A program made the translations under genes and the position numbers. Positions 50,701 to 60,206 of a DNA stretch of 64,000 nt are shown here, piece by piece. How positions within the stretch are numbered: the first letter of the stretch is position 1; every line of letters starts with the position of its first letter. The notes under the pieces are model-generated. The model saw only the letters and a list, made by a program, of their open reading frames with translations. It was not told the origin of the DNA and did not search any database. This DNA is from Candidatus Bathyarchaeota archaeon. Lineage in GTDB: Archaea; Thermoproteota; Bathyarchaeia; 40CM-2-53-6; RBG-13-38-9. The stretch spans positions 416,001-480,000 of the forward strand of contig CAWECG010000004.1 of assembly GCA_963807605.1 (NCBI GenBank), given 5' to 3'.

Positions 50701-51896
50701 AGTCTTCGCCCCATTCTTCCAGCCACAACCTCCACATCCTTGTCACCTCTTCCTGAGATTGTGACCACGACACCTTCTTCGCTGTTCATCTTGGGTACTA
50801 TCTTCTTCATGTGTGCTAGCGCATGGCATGTCTCCAAAGCTGGAATAATCCCCTCTGTCCTGGAAAGCTCACAGAAGGCTTCCAGGGCCTCTTTGTCTGT
50901 GGCTGTGGCATACTCGACACGCCCTATACTGTGAAGATAGGAGTGTTCTGGGCCGACTGCTGGGTAGTCGAGGCCTGCAGAGACACTGTGGGTTGGCTGT
51001 ACCTGGCCATAGGCGTCTTGGAGAAGATAGGTTAGCATGCCATGGAATACCCCCTCTGACCCTGCACAGATTGAGGCTGCATGCTTTCCAGTCTTAATTC
51101 CTCTTCCTCCGGCCTCGACGCCATACATCTTTACGTTGTCATCATTAAGGAAGTGGTGGAATGTTCCTATGGCGTTGCTGCCGCCTCCAACGCATGCGAA
51201 GAGTGCGCTAGGTAACTTCTTCTCCTTCAGCAGGATCTGTTCCTTGATCTCCTTTCCAATGATACTCTGGAGGTCTCTTACGATCATTGGGTAGGGGTGA
51301 GGTCCTACCGCTGATCCAATCAAGTAGTATGTTGTCTGGGGGTTGGTCGTCCAGTCTCGGAGGGCCTCGTTTATCGCATCCTTCAGTGTCCTTGAACCCG
51401 AATCCACAGGGTGGACCTTCGCCCCGAGTAGCTCCATGCGGAAGACATTGAGCCTCTGCCTCTTCATATCCTCGGTTCCCATGTAGATCTCCGCATCCAG
51501 ACCTAGGGTAGCGCATGCTATCGCCGTGGCCACTCCATGCTGGCCTGCGCCGGTCTCCGCGATAACCCTCTTCTTGTTCATCCTCTTGGCCAGGAGAGCT
51601 TGACCTAGTGTGTTGTTGATCTTGTGGGCTCCTCCGTGAGCCAGATCTTCCCGTTTCAGATAGATCCTTGGGCCCCCGTACCTGCTGGATAGATTCTTGG
51701 CATAGTAGAGGGGTGTCGGTCTGCCAGCGAACTCTCTTAGATAATGGTCGAGCTGGTTCTTGAAATCAAGGTCCTCCTTGAAGCTAAGGTATGCATCTTC
51801 CAGCTCGCTGAGCACAGACATCAGAGTCTCAGGTACAAAGCGTCCTCCATACTTACCGAATTTGCCCTTGAACAAATTGGCCTGTTGCAGGTTCAA
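50697..51896 (-). CDS. trpB: Tryptophan synthase beta (TrpB1)
   Basis: [30 protein letters not shown]. Confidence 0.97.
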   Translation of the reverse strand: MNLQQANLFKGKFGKYGGRFVPETLMSVLSELEDAYLSFKEDLDFKNQLDHYLREFAGRPTPLYYAKNLSSRYGGPRIYLKREDLAHGGAHKINNTLGQALLAKRMNKKRVIAETGAGQHGVATAIACATLGLDAEIYMGTEDMKRQRLNVFRMELLGAKVHPVDSGSRTLKDAINEALRDWTTNPQTTYYLIGSAVGPHPYPMIVRDLQSIIGKEIKEQILLKEKKLPSALFACVGGGSNAIGTFHHFLNDDNVKMYGVEAGGRGIKTGKHAASICAGSEGVFHGMLTYLLQDAYGQVQPTHSVSAGLDYPAVGPEHSYLHSIGRVEYATATDKEALEAFCELSRTEGIIPALETCHALAHMKKIVPKMNSEEGVVVTISGRGDKDVEVVAGRMGRRL

Positions 51897-52537
51897 TATG
51901 CAGCCTCCCTAGCTTTCCTGATGAACTCGGTCATCTTCTCAGGATCCTTAACCCTAGGACGCACCTCGACCCCCGTTGAGACATCGACCCCGTATGGCCT
52001 AACCGTACTTATCGCGTGGCCGACATTCTCTGGAGTGAGCCCTCCGGCAAGAATCATGGGTGCCGGGTATATTGCGTCCCTGATTTTTCTGCTTAAACTC
52101 CAGTCGTGTACAAGGCCTGTCCCTCCACGACCAGTCTGATCATGGGTGTCTACCAATACGGCTTGAGAGAATCTCGAGTATGACAGAGCTTGTTCGATCG
52201 CATCAAGCGCTCCAACATCAACAGCTACTATTACCTTGACTCTTGATGCCAAACCATTCCGGCGATACGATTCAGAAGCCACTCCATGAAGTTGTAGGAA
52301 TTTTGGAGCCAGCTCTTGGCAGATCTCCGCGGTTCTTTTTATTCCGTTGAAGACCGTCACTACCACGCTGTCCACGTTGCTTGGCAATCGGTCTATCAGG
52401 TTCTTTGCTTCTCTGAAAGAGAGATTTCTCGGTGATGCGGCTATGTCGACAATGAATCCTATGGAATCAACACCGGCCTGGACAGCTATATCCAAATCTT
52501 CCTGTTGAGTTACTCCGCAGATCTTTACTTTCACCAT
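51893..52537 (-). CDS. trpF: Phosphoribosylanthranilate isomerase
   Basis: [30 protein letters not shown]. Confidence 0.95.
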   Translation of the reverse strand: MVKVKICGVTQQEDLDIAVQAGVDSIGFIVDIAASPRNLSFREAKNLIDRLPSNVDSVVVTVFNGIKRTAEICQELAPKFLQLHGVASESYRRNGLASRVKVIVAVDVGALDAIEQALSYSRFSQAVLVDTHDQTGRGGTGLVHDWSLSRKIRDAIYPAPMILAGGLTPENVGHAISTVRPYGVDVSTGVEVRPRVKDPEKMTEFIRKAREAAY

Positions 52538-52543
52538 CTGGAT

Positions 52544-53317
52544 CTATGCCTCCGCCAGCTCCCGGACTTTCTCTTCAGGGTTGAGAGCTGACATGATGGA
52601 TGATCCAACTAGGAAAGCACTCGCTCCACACTCTCTGAGGAAACGAACATGATCTCCGGTGTCGATTCCACTCTCACTCACGACAACATGGTTGCTTGGG
52701 TGGCGTGAACTCAATATCTTCCTTGTGACATCCAGATCTGTCTGCAGGGTCGAGAGATCTCGATTGTTTATTCCAATGAGGTCAGCCTCGGTGCTGAGAG
52801 CTCTTTCGAACTCTTCTGTGGTATGGGCCTCAAGCAGAATCTCCATACCTCTGTCATGCGCTAGATCTATCGTTCCTTCAAGATCGTTATCGCATAGGTT
52901 TCTCTCGAAGAGAGATTCGATCAGCAGTATCGCTTCAGCTCCGATCCTGGATGCGGCTTCAACCTGGATTGGATCGACGATTATGTCTTTCATGAGCCGC
53001 GGAAGGCCACATCTACGCGCGGTTATGAGGTATTCAGTTCTGCCTCTGAAGTGTTTCGGCTCGGTCAAGATCGATAAGCCGACTGCACCACCCAGTTTCA
53101 TCATCGACGCCAAAGCTTCAACGTTAATGTTCTGAGTGATGATCCCCTTCGAGGGTGAGGCGGGTTTGATCTCAGCTATTACTGGATTCCTCTTGCATTT
53201 GAGAATCGACTCTTTGAGCCCCATGCCGACTCTCTCATGAGATTGCTCAATATGATAGTAGCCTTCCGCAACGGTCTCTCTGGCATCCCTTGCCAGGATA
53301 TCTAGATAGTCACGCAG
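52544..53317 (-). CDS. trpC: Indole-3-glycerol phosphate synthase (probable CTG start)
   Basis: IAEIKPASPSKG, GINNRDL, SESGI; frame open upstream of ATG 53224 to CTG 53317. Confidence 0.93.
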   Translation of the reverse strand: MRDYLDILARDARETVAEGYYHIEQSHERVGMGLKESILKCKRNPVIAEIKPASPSKGIITQNINVEALASMMKLGGAVGLSILTEPKHFRGRTEYLITARRCGLPRLMKDIIVDPIQVEAASRIGAEAILLIESLFERNLCDNDLEGTIDLAHDRGMEILLEAHTTEEFERALSTEADLIGINNRDLSTLQTDLDVTRKILSSRHPSNHVVVSESGIDTGDHVRFLRECGASAFLVGSSIMSALNPEEKVRELAEA

Positions 53318-54368
53318 TTATCTCCAGCTCCTCAAGTCTCGACAGGTTGCCGCCAGTGAACTCGATCAGCGAGACGAGTTTTCCGTAAGCTGCACCGCTC
53401 TCAATTGACTGGGCAGCGAGCTCGAGGCCTTCTTCGAAGCTTTCTGCTTTCCCTCCGACTACGATGCCTGCGGCTGCATTGAGTAGTACTATGGCTTGCT
53501 TGGGATCCCTGTGGGTACAGTGGCCTCTCATAATCCTAAGAGTCGCCACCGCGCTCTCATGGGTAGTTGAGCATCGCAGCGCCTCGGGTTTGGCTTTCTC
53601 TATACCAAAGTCCTCTGGCTCGATCGTGAAGCTGCATATCTCATCCTCTCTTAACCAAGAGATCTTGGTCCCTCCGACTGTGGAGACCTCGTCTAAGCCG
53701 TCGAGGCCGTGCACAACCATTGCTTGCTTGACACCAAGGTTTGAAAGTACGCTCGCTAGTGGTTCGGTCAAGGATTCTTGGTATACACCCAGAAGCTGGG
53801 CTGTTACGTTGGCCGGATTGGTCAGAGGACCCAGAATGTTGAACACTGTTCTGATCCCGATCTGACTCCTAGGGTTGACTGCATACTTCATTGCTGGGTG
53901 AAATGCTGGAGCGAACATGAATCCAATCCCAACCTCCTCTATTGCTTTCTCCACCGTCTCTGTTGGTATGTTGAGCCTGAGCCCCAGGGTCTCCAGAACG
54001 TCGGCGCTTCCACATCGGCTTGTCACAGACCGGTTCCCATGCTTTGCAACAGGTATGCCTGCGCCAGCGATGACAAAGGCGGACACTGTACTGATGTTGA
54101 ATGTCTTGACCTGATCGCCGCCTGTTCCACATGTGTCGACTAGGTTGCCTGCAACTTCAGGGTTAATCCGGTGGCAACAGCTTCTCATTACTCTTGCAAG
54201 TGATGTGATCTCGTCTACGGTCTCACCCTTCATCCTGAGGGCTGTCAGGAATGCGGCGATCTGTGCGTCTGTGGCTTTGCCCTCCATGATCTCCTGCATG
54301 ACCTCCCGTGCCTCTTTCTGTGTCAGGTCTCTTCGCTCAACGAGTTTTGCAATGGCTTCCTTAATCGT
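53310..54368 (-). CDS. trpD: Anthranilate phosphoribosyltransferase (probable ACG start)
   Basis: DTCGTGGD, NIST, KHGNR; upstream in-frame IKEAIAKLVERRDLT with GGAGGT SD. Confidence 0.93.
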   Translation of the reverse strand, partial: TIKEAIAKLVERRDLTQKEAREVMQEIMEGKATDAQIAAFLTALRMKGETVDEITSLARVMRSCCHRINPEVAGNLVDTCGTGGDQVKTFNISTVSAFVIAGAGIPVAKHGNRSVTSRCGSADVLETLGLRLNIPTETVEKAIEEVGIGFMFAPAFHPAMKYAVNPRSQIGIRTVFNILGPLTNPANVTAQLLGVYQESLTEPLASVLSNLGVKQAMVVHGLDGLDEVSTVGGTKISWLREDEICSFTIEPEDFGIEKAKPEALRCSTTHESAVATLRIMRGHCTHRDPKQAIVLLNAAAGIVVGGKAESFEEGLELAAQSIESGAAYGKLVSLIEFTGGNLSRLEELEITA

Positions 54369-54954
54369 CTCGGTAACCTCCGTCTAGGAAGTTTCTGAGA
54401 ATTCTTTTTCCTTGGTTGGTCAGGATAGACTCCGGATGGAACTGTAGGCCCTCGATTGGGTACTTGGTGTGGCGAATACCCATTATTTCGCAATCATCAA
54501 GAGAGTAGGCTGTTGCCTTCAAACAGTCTGGGAGCGAGAACAGATCAGCTACGAGGGAGTGGTATCTGGTGGCCTCAAGTGGATTTGGTGTGTCTCGGAA
54601 GATCCCTTTTCCGTCATGTTTTATCAGGCTGGTCTTGCCGTGCATCAGCCTCTGTGCTCTGATGATCTTTCCTCCAAAGGCATGTACGATCCCTTGATGC
54701 CCAAGGCAGATACCTAGTGTTGGTATGTGTCTGCTTAGATCTCTCAGGATGGCCAAGCAGTTGCCGAAGTATCGGGTTTCTGCTGGTGTTCCAGGTCCAG
54801 GGGAGAGAATCACTCTGTCGGGGTTGAGTCGTCTTGCCTCTCCTAGAGTCACCGTGTTGTTTCTGTGGACAACTGGTGTTCCGCCAAGTTCACCGACATA
54901 CTGTGCGATGTTGTATACGAATGAGTCATAGTTGTCTATTATCAGGACTTTCAA
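54361..54954 (-). CDS. trpG: Anthranilate synthase component II
   Basis: IDNYDSF, SPGPG, GICLGHQ, QFHPES. Confidence 0.95.
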   Translation of the reverse strand: MKVLIIDNYDSFVYNIAQYVGELGGTPVVHRNNTVTLGEARRLNPDRVILSPGPGTPAETRYFGNCLAILRDLSRHIPTLGICLGHQGIVHAFGGKIIRAQRLMHGKTSLIKHDGKGIFRDTPNPLEATRYHSLVADLFSLPDCLKATAYSLDDCEIMGIRHTKYPIEGLQFHPESILTNQGKRILRNFLDGGYRDD

Positions 54955-56373
54955 ATCATTTCACCCGCCTTCTCCAAGGCCTTCATGAGAGCCGCGGCTT
55001 TTTGTTCTGTTTCAAACCATTCTTTCTCGGGGTCTGAGTCAGCCACTATCCCTGCGCCTACTTGGATTGAGGCTTTATTCTGATGGGTTGTCAGGGTACG
55101 GATGGTTATGGCAAAGTCTGCGTTTCCGTTGTTCGAGAAGTATCCGACGGCGCCCGCGTATGGTCCTCTTCTTGTGGGTTCAAGTTCCTCAATTATCTCC
55201 ATGGCTCTGACTTTCGGTGCTCCTGAGACAGTTCCGGCGGGGAGCATGGCTTTGAGTGCGTCAAAGCAATCCATGTCTGGACGTATCTTTCCGACGACTC
55301 TGGAGACGATGTGTTGGACATGACTGTATTGGTGTACAGTCATGAATTCAGGTGTGTGGACTGACCCAAACTCAGCTATTCTGCCGATGTCGTTCCGTGC
55401 CAGGTCTACAAGCATCACATGTTCAGCCCGCTCCTTCGGGTCTGAAAGCAACTCTTCAGCCAAGATCTGGTTCTTGGCTTGATCGTCGGTTCTTGGTCTG
55501 GTCCCGGCTATCGGATAGGTCTCCACGAGACCATTTTCAACTCTCACAAGCATCTCAGGACTTGAACCTACGACCTGTCTTTCTCCCATTTTGAGAAAAT
55601 ACATGTATGGGGATGGGTTGATGTTTCTCAACGTTCTGTAGAAGTTGATGAGGCTGCCCTCGAAGTTGAAGTTATAACGTTTTGAAAGGACTGCCTGGAA
55701 GATGTCTCCCGAAGAGATGTAGTTCTTGGCTTTCAAAACAGCCTCTTGAAAGTCGTCTTTTGAAGTATTCGATGTTGGGGTGGTGTATCTGAAGGGTTCT
55801 GGATCGGTGATGGCCTCTTGGATTCTGCTTTTGATCTCTGCCAATCGATCCCTGTTTTGAAAGTAGTAGTATGCTGTTCTGTTGATGTGATCGAAGACTA
55901 TCCCATCGTCAAAGAACGCCATCTCGAGATCTGGGAACTTGAGATCATCGGTGGCGGATTCCGGAATCTTTTCCCAGTACCTTACCGCATCATACGAGAT
56001 GTATCCTACGGCACCACCTGCGAGACGAAACTGGTCGAATGTTAAATGATTCCTCTGAATCTCACTTCGCATGATGTCAAGTGGATTGTGCGTTTCTTGG
56101 CATTCGTCTCCTGATGTCATGCTAGTGGTTCTTGCCACATGTCCTTTGACAGAGATCACTAGGTGTGGGTCAAACCCTATGAACGAGAACTTCGCCAGTT
56201 TTTCCGGGCCTTCAACTGACTCTAGAAGATATGTGTACCCGCTGTCTCCCTCAAGTCTTGCAAAGATATCTGCTGGCGTGTCGGTGTAGGGGATCTCTTC
56301 AAGATTGACCTTAGGCGATTTTCTGGAAGTTGGCTCCTCTAGTCTTGAGGTTTGTCCAAAGGCGATACCCCAT
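54951..56373 (-). CDS. trpE: Anthranilate synthase component I; N-terminus lacks an in-frame canonical start
   Basis: NPSPYM, SSPE, PAGTVSGAPK; conserved YLLES..FIGFDP lies upstream of the ORF-track start; nearest ATG (56373) is one base out of frame. Confidence 0.9.
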
Positions 56374-56381
56374 TTACGCTA

Positions 56382-56410
56382 GTCCCCTGCATATCTGATG
56401 CATTAGGGAC
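56382..56410. promoter_or_regulatory. Inverted repeat just downstream of the putative trp TATA box
   Basis: GTCCC-c-TGCAT-atctg-ATGCA-tta-GGGAC; TTAAATA on - strand at ~56421-56427. Confidence 0.5.
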
Positions 56411-56660
56411 ACACGAGTTCTATTTAAGGTTAGTGAGTACACTATTGTACATCTATATGCCTCACAACTTGAGAAGACCGACCATTATGTGCTTGACAGG
56501 ACAGAACACGAACACTGAAGCCTGTCCTCACGGTCCAATCGCACGCTGCTGAGAAAATCCGGCATAGTCAGAAAGTTCCTTCGCGGAGCTTGAAAGTGTA
56601 AGTTCGAATTATAGGAGAAAAAAATCAATTTTGAGCTCGGTCATGGCAACTATAACGTTA

Positions 56661-56782
56661 CGAACCCCGTCGGGCCCGCCAACGGTAATCGATACAACTT
56701 GCGGCATAATAACGGTCATTGTGGTCTGTAGGCAATTCAGGTATTCGCACCTAATAAGGCTCGAGTACCCGCGGGCCCGCCA
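56661..56782 (+). repeat. Repeat X copy 2 between two tRNA 3' fragments (56661-56681; 56758-56782 = candidate attR)
   Basis: CGAACCCCGTCGGGCCCGCCA and GGCTCGAGTACCCGCGGGCCCGCCA. Confidence 0.88.
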
Positions 56783-56799
56783 TGATGACGTTCCTAGTG

Positions 56800-57273
56800 C
56801 TAATTTGTGTGAGGAAACATCACGCGGTGTACCGACGGGATCACCACTTCGAGGTTTCGATGTATATCTGAAGTGGGATTTACGGGGCTTGTCACAAAAT
56901 TGGGGGGTAGAATTCCAGAGAATACTCGACGGGGGAACTGCCAACAACTTTGGATCAGGAGTCCATTAAGTTCTCGGCGTATTCTTTGTTTCAACAGGGT
57001 TTCTAGAAGCCTCCCCTTTTCCAAAGAAGCGTAAAAAAGCCTTCTTGAATTCATTGAATTCCTTGGGTAAGTTCTTCCTTTGTCACTTATCTGATATGTC
57101 TTGCCGAATGCGTCTCGTGTCAGAAGTCCAGTATTCAAAGCCTGATCCATATACTTCTTCAATAGAGTATAGCTCAGTCTTGCGTCGTACATTATGTGCG
57201 CCTTCTTTCGCGATCTTTCTGTGGATCTAAGGATAAATGCGATTATTTCCAGGGAGTTCCGATTTTTCCCCAT
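56800..57273 (-). CDS. Small archaeal winged-helix DNA-binding protein, 3' part probably degenerate
   Basis: RNSLEIIA.IL..AHIMY.ARLSY..L..Y..GLL..Y.IS.KG. Confidence 0.65.
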   Translation of the reverse strand: MGKNRNSLEIIAFILRSTERSRKKAHIMYDARLSYTLLKKYMDQALNTGLLTRDAFGKTYQISDKGRTYPRNSMNSRRLFYASLEKGRLLETLLKQRIRRELNGLLIQSCWQFPRRVFSGILPPNFVTSPVNPTSDIHRNLEVVIPSVHRVMFPHTN

Positions 57274-57573
57274 TAAGGGTAAAAATGTTCTTTCTGGATA
57301 GCTGCAATCTTTCTCGAGTTAGAGATAACAATGGGTTCAGGGCGTACAGGCTCTCGTATGGCTCAGTTGATCTCTCTCTGAGTCATATCACAGCAGCAAT
57401 AGTGTACGTTAGCATTCGTTAATGAAGAGGGGTTAGGCACAACATGAATGACTACCAAAGTCACTTCTGGGCGATTTCCGAGATTGCCCGAATCAAATCG
57501 ATTATGTCGCATATCCGTTAAACATCGACATGTTAGGCAGAGCGTACTTGAGAATGAAAATGTCTGCCTATTG

Positions 57574-58359
57574 TTACATGATTAGACGCTTCTTCATCAA
57601 ATTTATTGACAATGCGTACAGGACGAAGCTCACAATCACAATCCAAGCTAAACTTGGAATTATAGCGAAGTTGATCTGGCCCGTCGCGAGGCTACGTGTA
57701 ATGATGACTACGTGGACAAGTGGTAGGAATACCTTTGCGAAATACTGTATCTGCAGTGGAAGAACTGAGAACGGGAAGAAGGTTCCGCTGAACAAAAACA
57801 TTGGAGTTATGAACAGATAGATGGGGTAATTCAGGGAATCGATGCTGACTGTCAGAGATGTGAAGCACATGGCTATCGTGGAGAAGAGGAGTCCTGCTAG
57901 GAAAGAGAATGGTATTACCAGCAGGGCAATTGGGAGCTGAGCAAGCCCAAAGAGTACAATTACTATCAGCATGATTGTCGCGTATATCGCGCTCTTGGTT
58001 GCCCCCCACAATAGTTCTCCTGCAATTACCTCCTCGAGGCTGACTGGCGTGGCTATTATCGCGTCGAAGGTCTTTTGGTAATACATGCGCACAAATGAAC
58101 CGTAGGTACATTCGAAGAATGCGGTGTTCATCATTGATATTGCTAGTAGTGCGGGGGCGATGAATTTAATGTAAGGGACACCCTCAACCTCTTGGACGAA
58201 GAGGCCCAAGCCAAATCCCAGAGAGAAGAGGTAAAGAATCGGCTCGAGTATGGGAGGAATGAAGTTCGTGCGATATGTCTTCATGAAGACATCTTTGTCT
58301 CTAAGCCAGACCTTCCAAGCTCTTACGCCTACTTTGGGTATCGATAGAAGACTGCCCAT
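57574..58359 (-). CDS. ABC-2 exporter permease (NodJ-like)
   Basis: EPILYL..LGFGLG, FIAP, PMFLFSGTFFP. Confidence 0.9.
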   Translation of the reverse strand: MGSLLSIPKVGVRAWKVWLRDKDVFMKTYRTNFIPPILEPILYLFSLGFGLGLFVQEVEGVPYIKFIAPALLAISMMNTAFFECTYGSFVRMYYQKTFDAIIATPVSLEEVIAGELLWGATKSAIYATIMLIVIVLFGLAQLPIALLVIPFSFLAGLLFSTIAMCFTSLTVSIDSLNYPIYLFITPMFLFSGTFFPFSVLPLQIQYFAKVFLPLVHVVIITRSLATGQINFAIIPSLAWIVIVSFVLYALSINLMKKRLIM

Positions 58360-58365
58360 GCCTTT

Positions 58366-59277
58366 CTATTCCCTCAGCGCTCGACCTGTCAATTTTAAGA
58401 AGACATCTTCCAGGGTCGATCGTCGGATAGTCGCCTTTTCGATCTGACATGCCTCAAACAGCTCATCCATGGTCTCCCTCGGAGACTCGGAGTATACGTA
58501 AATGGTTTCTCCCACTACGTCGAAACTTAGGCGCTCCTTCTTCTTGAGGCATAGAAGGGCATCAGGATTAGTCTTTGTCTCTATGACATTCTCTCCGGCG
58601 TATTTCCTGACGAGCCCCTTTGGACTACCTTCTTCGATGATCTTTCCTTGATCCATGATAACGAGCCTGTCACAAAGCGCCTCTGCTTCCTCCATATAGT
58701 GTGTTGTCAATAGAACCGTGACACCGAGTCGTCGGAGATCCGTCAGCTTATCCCATATGAGGTGCCTTGCCTGCGGGTCTAAGCCTACCGTAGGTTCATC
58801 CAAGACGAGTAGCCTAGGATCGTTGATGAGTGCTCTCGCCAGTTGGAGTCTTCTCTTCATCCCTCCTGAGAGTTTCTCGACTATTGTGTCTCTCTTATCT
58901 TCAAGTTGGACAAGGTGTAGCAGCTCCAGCGCTTTCTTCTTTGCCGCATCCCCCGGAATATCATAATACCGCGAGTAGATCATGAGATTCTCATAAACTG
59001 TGAATTCAGGGTCGAGATTGATTTCCTGAGGGCAAACACCTAAGATTTTCTTTATCTCTCTTGGATGTTCATCAACACTTAAGCCTGCGACCTCCACCCT
59101 CCCAGATGTTTTTGGATATACACACTGAATAATCTTCATTGTTGAAGTCTTCCCAGCACCATTCGGGCCGAGGAAGCCGAAACATTCGCGCTCTCTAACC
59201 TGGAAACTAATGCCTGATACCGCAGTGAAATCTCCGTACTTCTTGGTCAATCCTTCAGCTATTACTACGTTTGACAT
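58366..59277 (-). CDS. ABC exporter ATP-binding protein (NodI-like)
   Basis: GPNGAGKT, LSGGMKRR, LDEPT, TTHYMEEA. Confidence 0.93.
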   Translation of the reverse strand: MSNVVIAEGLTKKYGDFTAVSGISFQVRERECFGFLGPNGAGKTSTMKIIQCVYPKTSGRVEVAGLSVDEHPREIKKILGVCPQEINLDPEFTVYENLMIYSRYYDIPGDAAKKKALELLHLVQLEDKRDTIVEKLSGGMKRRLQLARALINDPRLLVLDEPTVGLDPQARHLIWDKLTDLRRLGVTVLLTTHYMEEAEALCDRLVIMDQGKIIEEGSPKGLVRKYAGENVIETKTNPDALLCLKKKERLSFDVVGETIYVYSESPRETMDELFEACQIEKATIRRSTLEDVFLKLTGRALRE

Positions 59278-59389
59278 TTAATTCGTCCTTGCTCCAGCTC
59301 TGCGATCGACTTTTGATCTCAGATGTTTCGTGGTCTGTGGGATGGAAATTAGTGCAGCTATCTTAGACAACTGAGAACGGAAGAAATTG

Positions 59390-59713
59390 TTAGCTCGGCC
59401 CCTTCTTCGCAGCTGCCTCTGCCACGATGAAAAGCCCGATTACCACTATTATCGTAGGAATCAATGGGAGCATAAGTCCTCCTACCATGGAGAACCCAAT
59501 TAGTAATGCTACAATGCCCAAGCCGAGGCTGAACTTGCTCATCTTAGCTCCGATACTGCGGCGAGCCAGATTAAGACCGATCAATATCAGGCCGACGCCA
59601 AGCGCAAAGTACGAAACCACGTTGAGCTTAGTGATGTCATCAACGATCCAGAGACCACCTATGAGGATTATGAAAAGTCCCCAAGCCACACTGGTTAGCG
59701 TTCCCTCTCTCAT
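59390..59713 (-). CDS. Small 4-TM membrane protein
   Basis: WGLFIILIG pattern; GGGGGTGA SD before ATG 59713. Confidence 0.65.
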   Translation of the reverse strand: MREGTLTSVAWGLFIILIGGLWIVDDITKLNVVSYFALGVGLILIGLNLARRSIGAKMSKFSLGLGIVALLIGFSMVGGLMLPLIPTIIVVIGLFIVAEAAAKKGPS

Positions 59714-59780
59714 GACCAAGAGTTCACCCCCCAAATCTTTGAAGTGCCACGAAACTTGTGTTCATCGCATATCACCTTCA

Positions 59781-60104
59781 TCAACCATAGGCCGGGCTCT
59801 TCGACTCTTCTTTTTCTGATTGTTTCTTCAATATCTCACCGAGCCCTCTTGTTGCTGAGATATCGAATTCCAGAAACTCAAGAGCGAACTTCTTGAAGTT
59901 GTTGAAAATATCGTCAAGTTTCTCTTGGTTGAACTGCCCCACAATCATCGGGTTATAGACCCACTGCATCCATCCTTGGCAGCTGCTGGCAATGTACTGG
60001 TTTATCTCGGTTATCGCCTCAACGAGACTCAGGCGATCGTGAGGCTGTAGACTCTTTATCCTTTCTATCTGCTTCTCCTTAGCCTTAGACCAATCATCAC
60101 TCAT
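59781..60104 (-). CDS. DUF2153-like archaeal protein
   Basis: DRL..S..GW.QW..NP.I...F...L......FLE.DI..T. Confidence 0.7.
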   Translation of the reverse strand: MSDDWSKAKEKQIERIKSLQPHDRLSLVEAITEINQYIASSCQGWMQWVYNPMIVGQFNQEKLDDIFNNFKKFALEFLEFDISATRGLGEILKKQSEKEESKSPAYG

Positions 60105-60206
60105 GTGATCACATAACCAAATGAGGTTAGCACTGACTCACTAATATATCAAACGATAATCGACTCGGCATGTCAGGCACGCCTTGCTCCGCAAGACAAA
60201 GTTTTA

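Larger units (their letters stand above)
23697..56782. mobile_element. tRNA-Arg-anchored composite genomic island (~33 kb)
   Basis: Integrase next to tRNA; 56758-56782 matches the tRNA 3' end at 22/25 nt (last 15 identical); internal tRNA fragments, nucleases, IS and pseudogene debris. Confidence 0.7.

Noticed and set aside
45876-56782. Additional complete tRNA genes or split-tRNA halves
   Set aside because: No D arm, anticodon arm or 5' acceptor strand, and no GC-rich complementary leaders visible.
26241-56782. tRNA tails as retroelement primer-binding sites
   Set aside because: No reverse transcriptase or LTR-like structure in the window; the adjacent tyrosine integrase is the simpler explanation.
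56609-56969. Overlapping 112-aa ORFs on both strands
   Set aside because: They span repeat X and tRNA tails; probably non-coding.
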